Numbered from the stretch's first letter, positions 1 through 11,395 are shown. The stretch is DNA of 64,000 nucleotides from an uncultured Chthonomonadaceae bacterium (GCA_963817895.1 CAWFQB010000001.1:1280001-1344000), one strand, 5' to 3'. Translations and numbers: made by a program. The notes: generated from the letters alone by a model not told the origin.

Positions 1-3000
1 TGGAAGCCGGTCATATCGGGCAGGCCCAAATCCAGCACCATGCAGTCGAACGTTTCGCTCCGCAGCGCTTCCAGCGCCTCGCCGCCCGTTTTTACAGCCG
101 AAGTTTTCACGTCCCCGTTGCCGATGAGTTCCACGATGCTGTTGCGCTGCGTGTCGTCGTCTTCCACGATCAGCAGGCGCTTCACTTTGCGCTCCACGAA
201 GCCTTTGATGTCGGTCAGGGCGTCATCCAGCGATTCGCGGGTGACGGGCTTTTGCATATACGCAATCGCGCCCTGCCGCAGCCCGCGCTGCTTCTCCTCG
301 AAACCCGAAATGATATGCACGGGAATGTGGCGCGTATCGGCGTCGTGTTTCAGGCGATCCAGAACCGCCCATCCGTCCATATCCGGCAGGCCGATGTCGA
401 GCGTAATGGCATCCGGGCGGAACTGGCGGGCAAGCGGCCCGACCATGCCGCCATTCGAGGCCACAATGCCCTTGAAACCCTTTGTCGCGGGCGCGTTCCA
501 GCAGGATTTGCGCAAACGTCGGGTCGTCCTCCACAATCATCAATACCTGATCGTCGGTTTGAATGTCGCTGCGGTCATCGCCCACATCTCCCGCCATCAG
601 CAGGCGCGATTCCGGCCGGGCAGCAGAGGGTGTTTCCCCGTCCGTTTCGGAAGTGAAGGCGGATGCGGTTCCCGAATTGGGTGGCGGAGTTGCCGCTCCC
701 CGTATCGAAATTTATACCCCCGGTTCCGCCGTTGCCGCCTGAGCCGGAACGGGCGCGGGTAATCGCTCCCCGCGTGGACATTTCGGACTCCATACGCGCC
801 TGACGATCCGGCAGATTCTGCGGCAGATACAGAACAAACGTGCTGCCCTCGCCCGGACTGCTGCTCAACTTGATTTCGCCGCCCAACAGATTGGCGATTT
901 CGCGGCTGATGGACAATCCTAACCCCGTGCCGCCATATTTGCGGCTCGTCGTGCCGTCCGCCTGCTGGAACGCTTCGAACACCATGCGTTGCCGATGCGC
1001 GGGGATGCCGATGCCCGTATCCGAAACCGCAAACGCGATAACCCGTCCCGCCCGGTTGAGCGTATCCTGGTCGCGGCTCCAGCCCTCCGTCGCTACCCGC
1101 ATTTCCAGCGTCACGCTGCCCTGTTCGGTAAATTTCAGCGCGTTGGAAAGGAGGTTGCGCAGAACTTGCTGCAATCGTTGCGAGTCGGTGCGGATGTTGG
1201 CGGGCAGGCCGTCGCCCAACTGAACCCTGAATTCAAGCCCCTTATCCTGCGCCACTTCGCGGAAATTGCGCTCCACATAATCCTGCAATCCGACAAACGC
1301 GACATCGGACGGGTCCACTTCCAGCGTCCCCGATTCGATTTTCGCCAGATCCAGAATTTCGTTGATAAGCGCGAGCAGGTCGTTGCCCGAAGAATGAATT
1401 GTGCTTGCGTACTCCACCTGCTTCACGGTCAGGTTGTTTTCGTTGTTTTCCGACAGCAGGCGCGACAGTATCAACATGCTGTTGAGCGGCGTCCGCAGTT
1501 CGTGGCTCATGTTGGCAAGGAATTCGGACTTGTATTTGGACGTGAGCGAAAGCTGCTCGGCCTTCTCTTCCAGTTCCTGCCGCGCCAGTTCGATTTGGCG
1601 GTTTTTGCGCTCCACCTCGTGGTTCTGCTCGGACAGCAACTGCGCTTTTTCTTCCAGTTCCTCGTTGGTCTGCTGCAACTCTTCCTGCTGCTGGCGCAGC
1701 AGGTCTTCGCTGGCCTGAAGCGTTTTGGCCTGCTGTTCCAGTCGTCGGTTGGTTTCCTGCAACTCCTGCTGCTGATTTTGCAGTTCCTGCGTGAGCGATT
1801 GGGACTGCTTGAGCAGTTCTTCCGTTCGCATCCCCGCCGCAAGCGTGTTCAGCACAATGCCGATGCTTTCCGCCAGTTGATCCAGAAACGTCAGTTGAAT
1901 GTCGGTGAAGCGGTTGAACGAGGCCAGTTCCAGCACGGCAAGCACATCGCCCTCAAACAGAATGGGCAGCACGACGATGTTGCGCGGGGGCGCGTCGCCT
2001 AGCCCGGAACTGATACGAATATAATCGTCCGGCACGTCCATCAGCAGAATGCGCTGTTTTTCCAGCATACACTGTCCGACTAATCCCTCGCCCGGCGCGA
2101 AGCGGTTGGACAGGGATTTGCGCTGCTGATACCCGTAACTGGCAAGCAGTTTCAGAGTCGCGCCGTTGTTGAGGTCATACCCGGAACGAAGCGCGGTTGC
2201 CGTTGTGTTGCCGTTGCCGCCGTTGCCATTGCCATTGGAACCGTTGTTGGCGCTGGCGTCGTTGAAGTAGAACACGCCCGCCTGCTCGGTCACGAGGGGC
2301 GCGAGTTCGGACAGGATCAGCTGCGACACATTGAGCAGGTCGCGCTGGCCCTGCAACAGCCGCGTGAAGCGGGCCACATTGGTTTTCAGCCAGTCCTGCT
2401 CTTCGTTGATGCGGGTCGTGTCGCGGAGGTTGCGGATCATCTCATTGATGTTGTCTTTGAGCGTCGCCACTTCCCCCGCCGCTTCGACGGCAATGGAGCG
2501 CGACAGGTCGCCGGTTGTAACGGCTGTGGCAACCTCGGCAATGGCGCGTATCTGCGTGGTCAGCGTGGTTGCGAGTTGGTTCACGTTGTCGGTCAGGTCG
2601 CGCCATGTTCCCGCCGCGCCCGGAACGCTGGCCTGCCCGCCCAGTCGCCCCTCGATGCCGACTTCGCGCGCAACCGTTGTCACCTGTTCGGCAAATGTGG
2701 CAAGGGTGTCAATCATCGCGTTGATGGTATCGGCCAGTTCCGCGATTTCGCCTTTGGCTTCCAGCACGAGTTTTTGCTTCAGGTTGCCGTTCGCGACAGC
2801 GGTAACAACGCGGGCAATGCCGCGCACCTGATTGGTCAGGTTCGCGGCCATGTAGTTGACGTTGTCGGTCAGGTCTTTCCACGTTCCGGCAACGCCCTTC
2901 ACATCCGCCTGCCCGCCCAATTTGCCGTCCGTGCCGACTTCACGCGCAACGCGGGTGACTTCACTGGCAAAAGCGTTCAGCTGGTCTACCATCGTATTGA

Positions 3001-5364
3001 TGGTGTTTTTCAGGTCGAGAATTTCGCCTTTGGCTTCAACCGTAATTTTCTTCGTCAGGTCGCCATTGGCAACCGCTGTTGTAACGCCCGCAATTCCGCG
3101 CACTTGTCCTGTCAGGTTGGACGCCATGAAGTTGACGTTATCCGTCAGGTCTTTCCACGTTCCCGCCACGCCCCGAATATCGGCCTGCGCCCCAAGTTTG
3201 CCGTCCGTGCCGACTTCCCGCGCAACGCGGGTCACTTCACTGGCAAAGCTGTTCAACTGGTCTACCATCGTGTTGATGGTGTTTTTCAGTTCCAGAATTT
3301 CGCCGCGCACATCAACGGTAATCTTCTTGCTCAGGTCGCCATTGGCAACAGCGGTTGTCACTTCGGCGATGTTTCGGACTTGTCCGGTCAGGTTGGACGC
3401 CATGTAGTTGACGTTATCCGTCAAGTCTTTCCACGTTCCCGATACCCCGCGCACAACCGCCTGCCCCCCCAATTTGCCTTCGGTTCCCACTTCGCGGGCA
3501 ACGCGGGTGACTTCACTGGCGAAACTGTTCAGCTGATCCACCATGATGTTGATGGTGTTCTTCAGGTCGAGAATCTCGCCGCGCACTTCAACGGTAATCT
3601 TCTTCGACAGATCGCCGTTGGCAACCGCTGTGGTCACATCCGCGATGTTGCGCACCTGACTCGTCAGGTTGCCCGCCATCGAGTTCACGCTGTCGGTCAA
3701 ATCCTTCCACGTTCCGGCAACGCCCCGAATATCCGCCTGTCCGCCCAGTTTGCCTTCGGTTCCCACTTCGCGGGCGACTCTGGTTACTTCACTGGCAAAC
3801 CCGTTGAGTTGGTCTACCATCGTATTGATGGTGTTTTTGAGTTCCAGAATCTCGCCCCGCGCATCGGCGGTAATCTTCTTGCTCAGGTCGCCATTGGCAA
3901 CGGCTGTCGTGACTTCCGCGATATTACGTACCTGTCCCGTCAGGTTGGAGGCCATGAAGTTGACATTATCCGTCAGGTCTTTCCACGTTCCCGAAACGCC
4001 CTTCACTTCCGCCTGCCCGCCGAGATTCCCTTCCGTTCCGACTTCGCGGGCAACTCTTGTTACTTCCCTGGCGAAGCTGTTCAACTGGTCCACCATGATG
4101 TTAATGGTGTTTTTAAGGTCTAAGATTTCGCCGCGCACGTCAACGGTGATTTTCTTCGACAAATCTCCGTTCGCGATGGCGGTAGCAACGTCGGCAATGT
4201 TACGGACTTGTCCCGTCAGGTTGGAGGCCATGAAGTTGACGTTATCCGTCAGATCTTTCCATGTGCCGGATACGCCTTTTACATCCGCCTGCCCGCCCAA
4301 TTTGCCATCCGTTCCCACTTCCCTCGCCACGCGGCTGACTTCGCTGGCAAACCCGTTCAATTGATCTACCATGGTGTTGATGGTGTTTTTCAGGTCGAGA
4401 ATTTCGCCGCGCACGTCAACCGTAATTTTCTTCGACAAATCGCCATTGGCAACCGCAGTGGTCACTTCCGCGATATTTCGCACCTGACTGGTCAAATTCG
4501 ACGCCATCGAATTCACGTTATCCGTCAGGTCTTTCCACGTTCCCGACACGCCCCTGACATCGGCCTGCCCGCCTAATTTGCCATCGGTTCCCACTTCACG
4601 GGCAACGCGGGTGACTTCACTGGCGAAACTGTTTAGCTGATCCACCATGATGTTGATGGTGTTCTTCAGGTCGAGAATCTCGCCGCGCACTTCAACCGTA
4701 ATCTTCTTGCTCAGGTCGCCATTGGCAACCGCTGTGGTCACTTCCGCGATGTTGCGCACCTGACTGGTCAGGTTGCCCGCCATATAGTTGACGTTATCCG
4801 TCAGGTCTTTCCACGTTCCGGCTACGCCTTTTACCTGCGCCTGCCCGCCCAATTTGCCGTCCGTGCCGACTTCACGCGCAACGCTGGTTACTTCACTGGC
4901 AAACGCGCTCAGTTGGTCTACCATCGTGTTGACGGTTTTGGCCGTGCGCAGAAACTCGCCGGTCAGGGGACGGCCATCAATTTCCAGCGCCATTGTCTGG
5001 CCCAGATCGCCATTCGCGACTGCGCCGATAACCCGCGCCACTTCCGTTGTCGGCTGCACAAGGTCTACAATCAGGGCGTATTGACCGAGTCAATACAGGC
5101 GTTCCACGCGCCCCCGGAGCCGACATTGGCGGCCCGTTGCGCGGTTTTGCCCTCTTTGCCGACGACAGTGCTGATGCGCGACAATTCGCCGCACAGTTTA
5201 TCATTGGTTTCAATAATATCGTTGAGCGCGTCGCAGATTTTGCCGGAAATGCCCGTCAAATCCAGCGGCATCCGGGCAGAAAAATCGCCTTTTTTCACGG
5301 CGGTAAGCACACTCAACAATTGCTTCAAATCCAGCGTGTCTGCCGTAGGAACATCCGTTGGCAT
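1..5364 (-). CDS. Cytoplasmic hybrid histidine kinase: ~10 tandem 92-aa HAMP repeats, GAF, coiled coil, HisKA, HATPase and at least 2 receiver domains; 3' end lies outside the window
   Basis: ORF 575..5059 has 9 copies of GTW(K/R)DLTD(N/S)VN, H-box [24 protein letters not shown] and GTGLGLSIS. The N-terminus is in ORF 5071..5556 (AAGGAG RBS at 5371-5376, ATG 5364 or 5370). Receiver motifs IVEDD occur in ORF 223..597 and near 160-180. Apparent frameshifts near 5078, ~600-720 and ~460. Confidence 0.92.
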
Positions 5365-5380
5365 AGTCATCTCCTTTGAC

Positions 5381-5493
5381 AATTCAGGTGTTCGGTGTTT
5401 GGTGTACGGGAATCCAGTTGTGAGTTTTGCCGCGCTCAAATAAATGTGTACTGTCGCATGGTCCCGAATACCGAACACCGAACACCTGAAATT
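5381..5493. repeat. Inverted heptamer-array hairpin, (C/A)GGTGTT ... AACACCG
   Basis: TTCAGGTGTTCGGTGTTTGGTGTACGGGA (~5383-5411) pairs with TCCCGAATACCGAACACCGAACACCTGAA (~5462-5490). Confidence 0.8.
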
Positions 5494-5915
5494 ATCGCGC
5501 GTCCTCGGTGACTTCATTCGGTTCCTGACAGCCTTTGCCCACCGCATGGTCGGCATCTATTTCTATTCCAAACTGATCCAGCAGCGCAATGTAGCCGGGG
5601 GTGCAGCTGCCCATACAGCGCTGTACAATGCAATCTTCATGATGAATAGGTTCAAGGTCGGGGCCGAACGCGGCGCGAATCAGGCAGGCTCTCAGGAAGG
5701 GCGGCTGTTGGGTCACAGGGGATTCGGACGTGAGGGGCGGAAGGGAACATGAGTTTGCGGGCAATGTCTCTGCCGTTGTCCGACGTGGCTAAACGCTCGA
5801 TCATGTGTTCTGCCAGATGGCAGCGGCGAATGGGAATACTAAGCATGACAGGAGCGCCGGGAACGGGAATGAATTCCGTTTCCAGCTGGTAGTGCCGACA
5901 GCGATTACTCTGCAT
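5492..5915 (-). CDS. Cys-rich hypothetical protein, paralog A (one apparent frameshift at ~5740)
   Basis: Joining ORF 5652..6011 (from MQSNRCRHYQL, ATG 5915) to ORF 5492..5764 (GPDL...CIVQRCMGSCTPGY) gives a ~140-aa protein colinear with 6324..6734. Confidence 0.7.
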
Positions 5916-6323
5916 CACAACGCCCTTCTTTACCAGACAGGCAGAGACTGTCTCCCCGGTTTGCCGAGCCGTGTTCAAGAGGTCGTTGTTTAAAGAATAG
6001 CATGCCGGCAACGAATAAGTACCTCAATCAGAACATTCTGGTATTCTCTGCATCCCATGCAGAAAACAAGCGGCATAAAGCACTGCGTCGAAGCGTGGCG
6101 CGTAAGATGGGAAACGGCGCGCGGGCAAATCATTCAGCCACCGTCAGGAGCAGCTACCTTAAGAAATAAATAAATAATGGAAACCTGGCAGCGCGATTAC
6201 TGCGGGGCATCGCGACGCAAACCTACTCCCTATTACGTAGTTTCTGCCAAACGTTCCGCCTGCGCGAACAATATTTGACAAATTTCGTCTTAAACGGTTA
6301 TCAATTGTGCAAAGCCCACAAAA

Positions 6324-6734
6324 TTAACAGGTACAGCCTGTAGTTTCGGGCTGAACGGTTTGTCTTTGCAGGGATTCGGCATGGTCTTCCGCGTCTTCGC
6401 AGGTTACTTCGTCCTCCAGCGGATCCACGATATTGAATTGCAGCAGTAGTTCGCGGTACGCCGGAGTGCATAGTCCGTCGCAGCGGGTCAGTGTGCAAAG
6501 GTGCTGCGTCACGGCATCCAGATCCGGCCCGACGCACGCAAACGCGCGATTTTGTGTCTGCACGGTGAGCCGCTGCGCCAGTGGTTCGGCTTCGGGAACC
6601 GACTGCATCAGTTGCAGCATCCGCGCCGATAAAATGCAATGGCGAATCGCAAGGTAGGCGGGCGGGCCCTCCTGCGCGAGAAGTTCGGAATGAAGTTGAT
6701 AATGGGGACAACGCTGGTCAGGCTGCGTTTTCAT
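6324..6734 (-). CDS. Cys-rich hypothetical protein, paralog B
   Basis: ATG 6734 follows GAGGAG. Motifs RCPHYQL, IRHC and GPDL-x7-C-x4-C-x3-CTPAY are shared with paralog A. Confidence 0.75.
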   Translation of the reverse strand: MKTQPDQRCPHYQLHSELLAQEGPPAYLAIRHCILSARMLQLMQSVPEAEPLAQRLTVQTQNRAFACVGPDLDAVTQHLCTLTRCDGLCTPAYRELLLQFNIVDPLEDEVTCEDAEDHAESLQRQTVQPETTGCTC

Positions 6735-6924
6735 GGGCTGCAATAGTCTCCTCAACAGGGCGCAACATACCGCCGGAGCCACGGGGCTGATGGTACTTCC
6801 AGAAGATTGTGATTCTCAGCAAGGGAGCAGAAGAAATGCCGTGTTCTCGGCGGAGACAAGCAGGCAACTCTCTTCTTCGCTATATTCGAGACGCGAGGCT
6901 TCATTTCCTGTCGAACAGAAAAAA

Positions 6925-7021
6925 ATAGGAGATAGGAGATAGGAGATACGAGATACAAGGAATACTAATGCCTGCTCCCTATGTTCTTCACTCGTATCTC
7001 GTATCTCGTATCTCCTATCTC
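6925..7021. repeat. Inverted heptamer-array hairpin, TA(G/C)GAGA ... TCTC(G/C)TA, immediately 3' of gyrB
   Basis: TAGGAGA-TAGGAGA-TAGGAGA-TACGAGA versus CTCGTATCTCGTATCTCGTATCTCCTATCTC. Confidence 0.8.
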
Positions 7022-9260
7022 TTACCCGTGCCAGTCCACATCCGTAACCTCTTTGGCGTGGGCCACGATGAAGTTGCGGCGGGGTTCCACCTTGTCGCTC
7101 ATGAAGATGTCGAACATCTCAATGGCGGCGGGCAGGTTTTCCGGGTCGAGCTGCACCTGCGCGAGACGGCGCTTGTCGGCGTCCATCGTGGTTTCGGCAA
7201 GGTCAATCGCGTTCATTTCGCCCAACCCTTTGAAGCGCGTCACAACCACGTCGCGCTTGCCCTTCAGGGTTTTGATGTAAGCGTCGCGCTCTTCTTCGTT
7301 TTTGGCGTAGAACTGATCGTTCTTGCCGGCCTTGATGCGGAACAGGGGCGGCTGCGCGATATACACATGCCCCTCTTCAATCAGCGGGCGCATGTAAAGC
7401 CAGAAGAACGTCAGCAGCAGGGTTCGGATGTGGTCGCCATCAACATCCGCATCAGTCATAATTATGATTTTGTTATACCTGAGCTTAGTTAAGATCATAA
7501 GACGGCGACTTGTCTTTGCTGCTCTTCACTTCCAGCAGTTCGCCATTGCTGGTATCTTTGCTGCCGCTTTCCTCGTCACTGTCGCTATCCATGCCATACG
7601 AGATGCCGGTTCCGAGCGCGGTAATCATGGCGCGAATTTCTTCGTTTTCCAGCACCTTGTCCACGCGGGCTTTGCCGACGTTGATGATTTTGCCGCGCAG
7701 CGGGAGAATGGCCTGTGTTCGCCGGTCCCGGCCCTGCTTGGCCGGCCCGCCAGCCGAGTCGCCTTCTACGAGGAACAGTTCGCACCGTTTGGGGTCACGG
7801 TCGGAGCAGTCGGCCAATTTGCCGGGAAGGGAGTGGGACTCCATCGCGCTTTGCCGCTTCACCAGATCGGCGGCTTTGCGGGCGGCGTCGCGGGCGCGCT
7901 GACTCGTCAATGCCTTGTCAATGATACGCTTGGCAACCTGTGGATTCTCTTCCAGATACTCCGCCAGTTTTTCGCCGACGATGTTGCCGACAATGCCGTC
8001 CACATCGTTGTTGAGCAGTTTGGCTTTTTCCTGCGCGTTGAAAAGCGGATGCGCCAGTTTTACAGAGACTACAGCCGTCAGCCCTTCGCGCACGTCCTCA
8101 CCCGTAAAGTTGTTTTCTTTCTCTTTAATCAGGTTGTTTTTACGCGCATACGAGTTCATCACGCGCGTAAGAGCGGTGCGCAGGCCGGAAACATGTGTGC
8201 CGCCATCGGGCGTATTGATGTTGTTGGCGAAAGAAAGAATCGTTTCCTGATAGCTCAAATTGTACTGAATAGCGACTTCGGCGAAAGCGTCCGTGCCATC
8301 GGCGGCGGGACGCACCCCTCCAAAGTAAATGGGTTTGTGTACTGCGTCTTTGGTTTCATTCAAATGCTCGACGTACTCCACAATGCCGCGCTTGAAATGA
8401 AAGACCTTATGTACCGGCGCGGGTTCCGGCAGCGTTGCTTCTTCGCCATCCGCCACTTCAATCGCTTCGGGCGCTTCCAGATCGCGCTCATTGGTAAACG
8501 TCAGCGTCAAGTCTTTATTCAGGTAGGCGAGTTCGCGCAGACGACGTTCGATTTTTTCGGCGTCGTACTGAAAATCTTCAAAAATGGTCGGATCGGCATG
8601 CCAATGTACCAGTGTGCCGTGTTCTTCCGGCTTCGCCTTGCCGATGACTTTTAGTTTTTGCGTCGTGATGCCGCGCTCGAACCGCATTTTGTGGATTTTG
8701 CTGTCGCGCGTGACAGTCGCTTCCAGCCAGTCCGAAGTGGCGTTGACGCACGAAACGCCCACACCATGCAGACCGCCGGACACCTTGTACGCGCCGCTGT
8801 CGAACTTGCCGCCCGCATGAAGTTTGGTCAGCGCCAGTTCCACACCGGGTACGCCATACTCTTTGTTGATGTCAACCGGAAAGCCGCGACCATTATCTTG
8901 CACCGAAACGCTGCCGTCCGCGTGAAGAATAACGTCAATCTGGTTGCAGTAGCCAGCCATCGCCTCGTCAACGGAGTTATCGCTGACTTCCACAAATAAA
9001 TGGTGCAGAGCTTTGGCATCGGTTCCGCCGATGTACATGCCGGGACGCCGCCGAACGGCTTCCAGCCCTTCAAGCACTTGAATCTGTTCTGAGGTATAGG
9101 CGGTGCTGACATGTCCAACGCTGTCCAGATGTTCAAGCTGCTGCTTTTCCTGAGCGCGTTGCGCGGCGGTGCGCTTGTCTTCGGTGGGTTCGAGACTTGG
9201 ATCGGGGTCGAGGTTCGAGGGTTCGTCTGCCACTGCGGATTTCTTGCCCACTTTTGCCAT
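7022..9260 (-). CDS. gyrB: Type IIA topoisomerase subunit B (GyrB/ParE family); one apparent frameshift at ~7490
   Basis: [79 protein letters not shown] before ATG 9260. An extra A in GATCTTAACTAAG splits the ORF. Confidence 0.9.
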
Positions 9261-9463
9261 AAAAAAACTCCTTCGGGCTGTGTCGGGGCATAGCGTAGCC
9301 GCCCGGTAAACAGCCGCGCGCAGGTATCGCTGCATCCTCCCGAACATGTCCGCAAGCGTGTCTCGGACATCGGGAACCGGCGCAGTCAGATACGTCAACG
9401 GCACTATTGCCACTCTCAAAAAGCGTTGCGAAACCCTCTGAGAACATGCGAATAGCTACCAAT

Positions 9464-9492
9464 ATTATAGCACAAACGCCGATAAAAGTCAA
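9464..9492 (-). promoter_or_regulatory. Sigma70-type promoter for gyrB
   Basis: Minus strand TTGACT-17 nt-TATAAT with extended -10 TG. Confidence 0.7.
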
Positions 9493-9736
9493 AAGTTCGC
9501 GCGCTTACAACAGCGTCAGAACCTCTCGATTTCAGAGAACGCGGGGTATATGTATCCCTCTTTAGCAATACGAACATTTGTCTGCTTTTTACGCCACTAC
9601 GAACAGTCCGACCAAACCGGAATTCGCGGAATACAGCAAAACGGGGGTAGAATAAACGTATCGCGCCGCGCAGCCGATAATCGGAAGAACGATTAAACCC
9701 GGCGGCTTTTCGCGCTGCCCGAATGGACACAGCACC

Positions 9737-10426
9737 GTGAGCGATAACGTGAGCGACAACGACGCGCCAGAAGCAAATTCGCCTTTAGTTCCTTCAGCGA
9801 CGCCGCCGACCGGAACAGGGCGGCTGTTTGTGATTTCCGGGCCATCGGGAGTGGGTAAGGACGCCCTGCTCGGACGCCTGTACCAGTGCCTGCCCGGTAT
9901 CGCGCAAAGCGTGAGCGCCACGACACGCGCGCCCCGCGTGGGCGAAACGGCCGGCGTGGACTACCATTTTTTCACGCATGGCGAGTTTGAAAGCGATATT
10001 ACGAGCGGCTATTTTCTGGAATACGCCCGCTATGGGAGCGATTATTACGGCACGCCGCGCCGCAAAGTGGACGAACTGCGGGAACAGGGTACGGACGTTG
10101 TTCTCAAAATCGAGGTGCAGGGCGCGGCGCAGATAAAACAGCTCGTCCCCGACGCCATTCTGATTTTCATCAAGCCGCCCAGTCTGGACGAGTTGGCGCG
10201 GCGACTACGGGGGCGCGGCACGGACACGGAACAGAAAATTCAGGATCGCCTCGCCATCGCGCAGTACGAACTCGCCCAATTGTTCCAGTACGATTATATG
10301 ATTACCAACGACAACTTTGATACAGCCTTGAAGGTGCTGCGCGACATCGTAATCGCGGAACGGGAACGAAGTCAGGGAACAGACAGCAGGAAACAGGAAA
10401 CAGCTTCCACAGGCGCAGTAAGTTGA
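9737..10426 (+). CDS. gmk: Guanylate kinase
   Basis: VISGPSGVGK P-loop, SATTRAPR, DYHF, YYGTP, LRGRGTD. Confidence 0.95.
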   Translation: MSDNVSDNDAPEANSPLVPSATPPTGTGRLFVISGPSGVGKDALLGRLYQCLPGIAQSVSATTRAPRVGETAGVDYHFFTHGEFESDITSGYFLEYARYGSDYYGTPRRKVDELREQGTDVVLKIEVQGAAQIKQLVPDAILIFIKPPSLDELARRLRGRGTDTEQKIQDRLAIAQYELAQLFQYDYMITNDNFDTALKVLRDIVIAERERSQGTDSRKQETASTGAVS

Positions 10427-10457
10427 GCCTCACAGTTGCAATGATAAAATCCGCCTT

Positions 10458-11024
10458 ATGTCCGATACGAGCCATACTCCCGCTTCTCCGTTTGTGATTG
10501 CATTGGAAGAGAACCTGCGCCTGCACCCGATTGGCGCAGAGATTTTCGCGCCGTTCGTAATAGAGCGGCTCGGAGCAGGAAGCGGCGCATCGTCTGCTGA
10601 ACTATCTATCACAATAACGGATGAACACGGACAGGGGCAAAACAAAATAGTTCATCTGACATGGCAGGCGCAATCCGCTTCCGTTAAGCCGCTTGCCGTA
10701 CAGGAGCGCGTGAGAACAGAATGGGGCGCATTGGGCATTGCCTGCGCGTTGATACCGGCTCTGTTGGGATTGCATGTTTTGTCTGTCGCCCTCGAAGGTG
10801 AGCGGTTCGACTACCGAATTGGCAACGATATGGGTGAGTGGGGGTTGGAAATAAGCGGTACGCTGTCGGAAAGCGGGGACGATTTACGCGAACGCCACCG
10901 TCTGAAAATTCGACAACTCCGCGAAAATCCGGCGCGTTTAAGTGGCTACGTTATCGTAGTAGGTTTTACTCTGCGCGAAGTCCTGATTTCATTCCACTTG
11001 CCCTACCCGGAGGAAACACGATGA
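10458..11024 (+). CDS. Hypothetical protein, possible PD-(D/E)xK-like nuclease fold
   Basis: TEWGALGIA ... GERFDY ... GLEISG ... GYVIVVGF. The stop codon overlaps the next start (ATGA). Confidence 0.6.
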   Translation: MSDTSHTPASPFVIALEENLRLHPIGAEIFAPFVIERLGAGSGASSAELSITITDEHGQGQNKIVHLTWQAQSASVKPLAVQERVRTEWGALGIACALIPALLGLHVLSVALEGERFDYRIGNDMGEWGLEISGTLSESGDDLRERHRLKIRQLRENPARLSGYVIVVGFTLREVLISFHLPYPEETR

Positions 11025-11395
11025 ATTTTGTTCCTTATTCTGAAGAGGAAGGCCGCAAGTCCGGCCTGCTTTTACAGGCGGCTTTGCTTCGCGCCGAGGG
11101 GCAGGAAGAGTTGGCCGCGTCCCGTTTTGCCGAAGCCGCCATACTTGAAGAGCAACTTGCCCAACGCGACGATGCGGACGGGAATGCCCAACGCGCCCTG
11201 CGCAGCCGGTTCAGCGCGGCAAGCGCGTGGGCGAACGCAGGCGATTTTCACCACGCGCTTACCCTGCTGCAAGCCCTTGAACAACGCGCCGATACTCCAG
11301 AGCCGCTAAGAATCCGTATTCGCGCCTTCGCGGAAACCTTGCGCGTTCAACGCCGACAGTGGCACAACACGCTTCAGGAGGCGAACCTTTCCTGA
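11021..11395 (+). CDS. Hypothetical alpha-helical (TPR-like) protein, translationally coupled to the upstream gene
   Basis: GGAGG RBS then ATG 11021 (MNFVPYSEEE). Ala-rich helical pattern FAEAAILE ... SAASAWANAGDF. Confidence 0.65.
   Translation: MNFVPYSEEEGRKSGLLLQAALLRAEGQEELAASRFAEAAILEEQLAQRDDADGNAQRALRSRFSAASAWANAGDFHHALTLLQALEQRADTPEPLRIRIRAFAETLRVQRRQWHNTLQEANLS

Noticed and set aside
2576..4123. 515-aa plus-strand ORF and similar ORFs over the kinase
   Set aside because: Antisense shadows of the repeat-rich kinase gene.
2400..5100. 276-bp periodic repeat as a CRISPR or non-coding array
   Set aside because: It is in-frame coding sequence for HAMP repeats, with synonymous variation and no unique spacers.
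7480..7500. Frameshifts in gyrB and a dozen other genes as pseudogenisation or programmed frameshifting
   Set aside because: They are scattered single-base indels, including in housekeeping genes with intact motifs on both sides; sequencing or assembly error is the simplest explanation.
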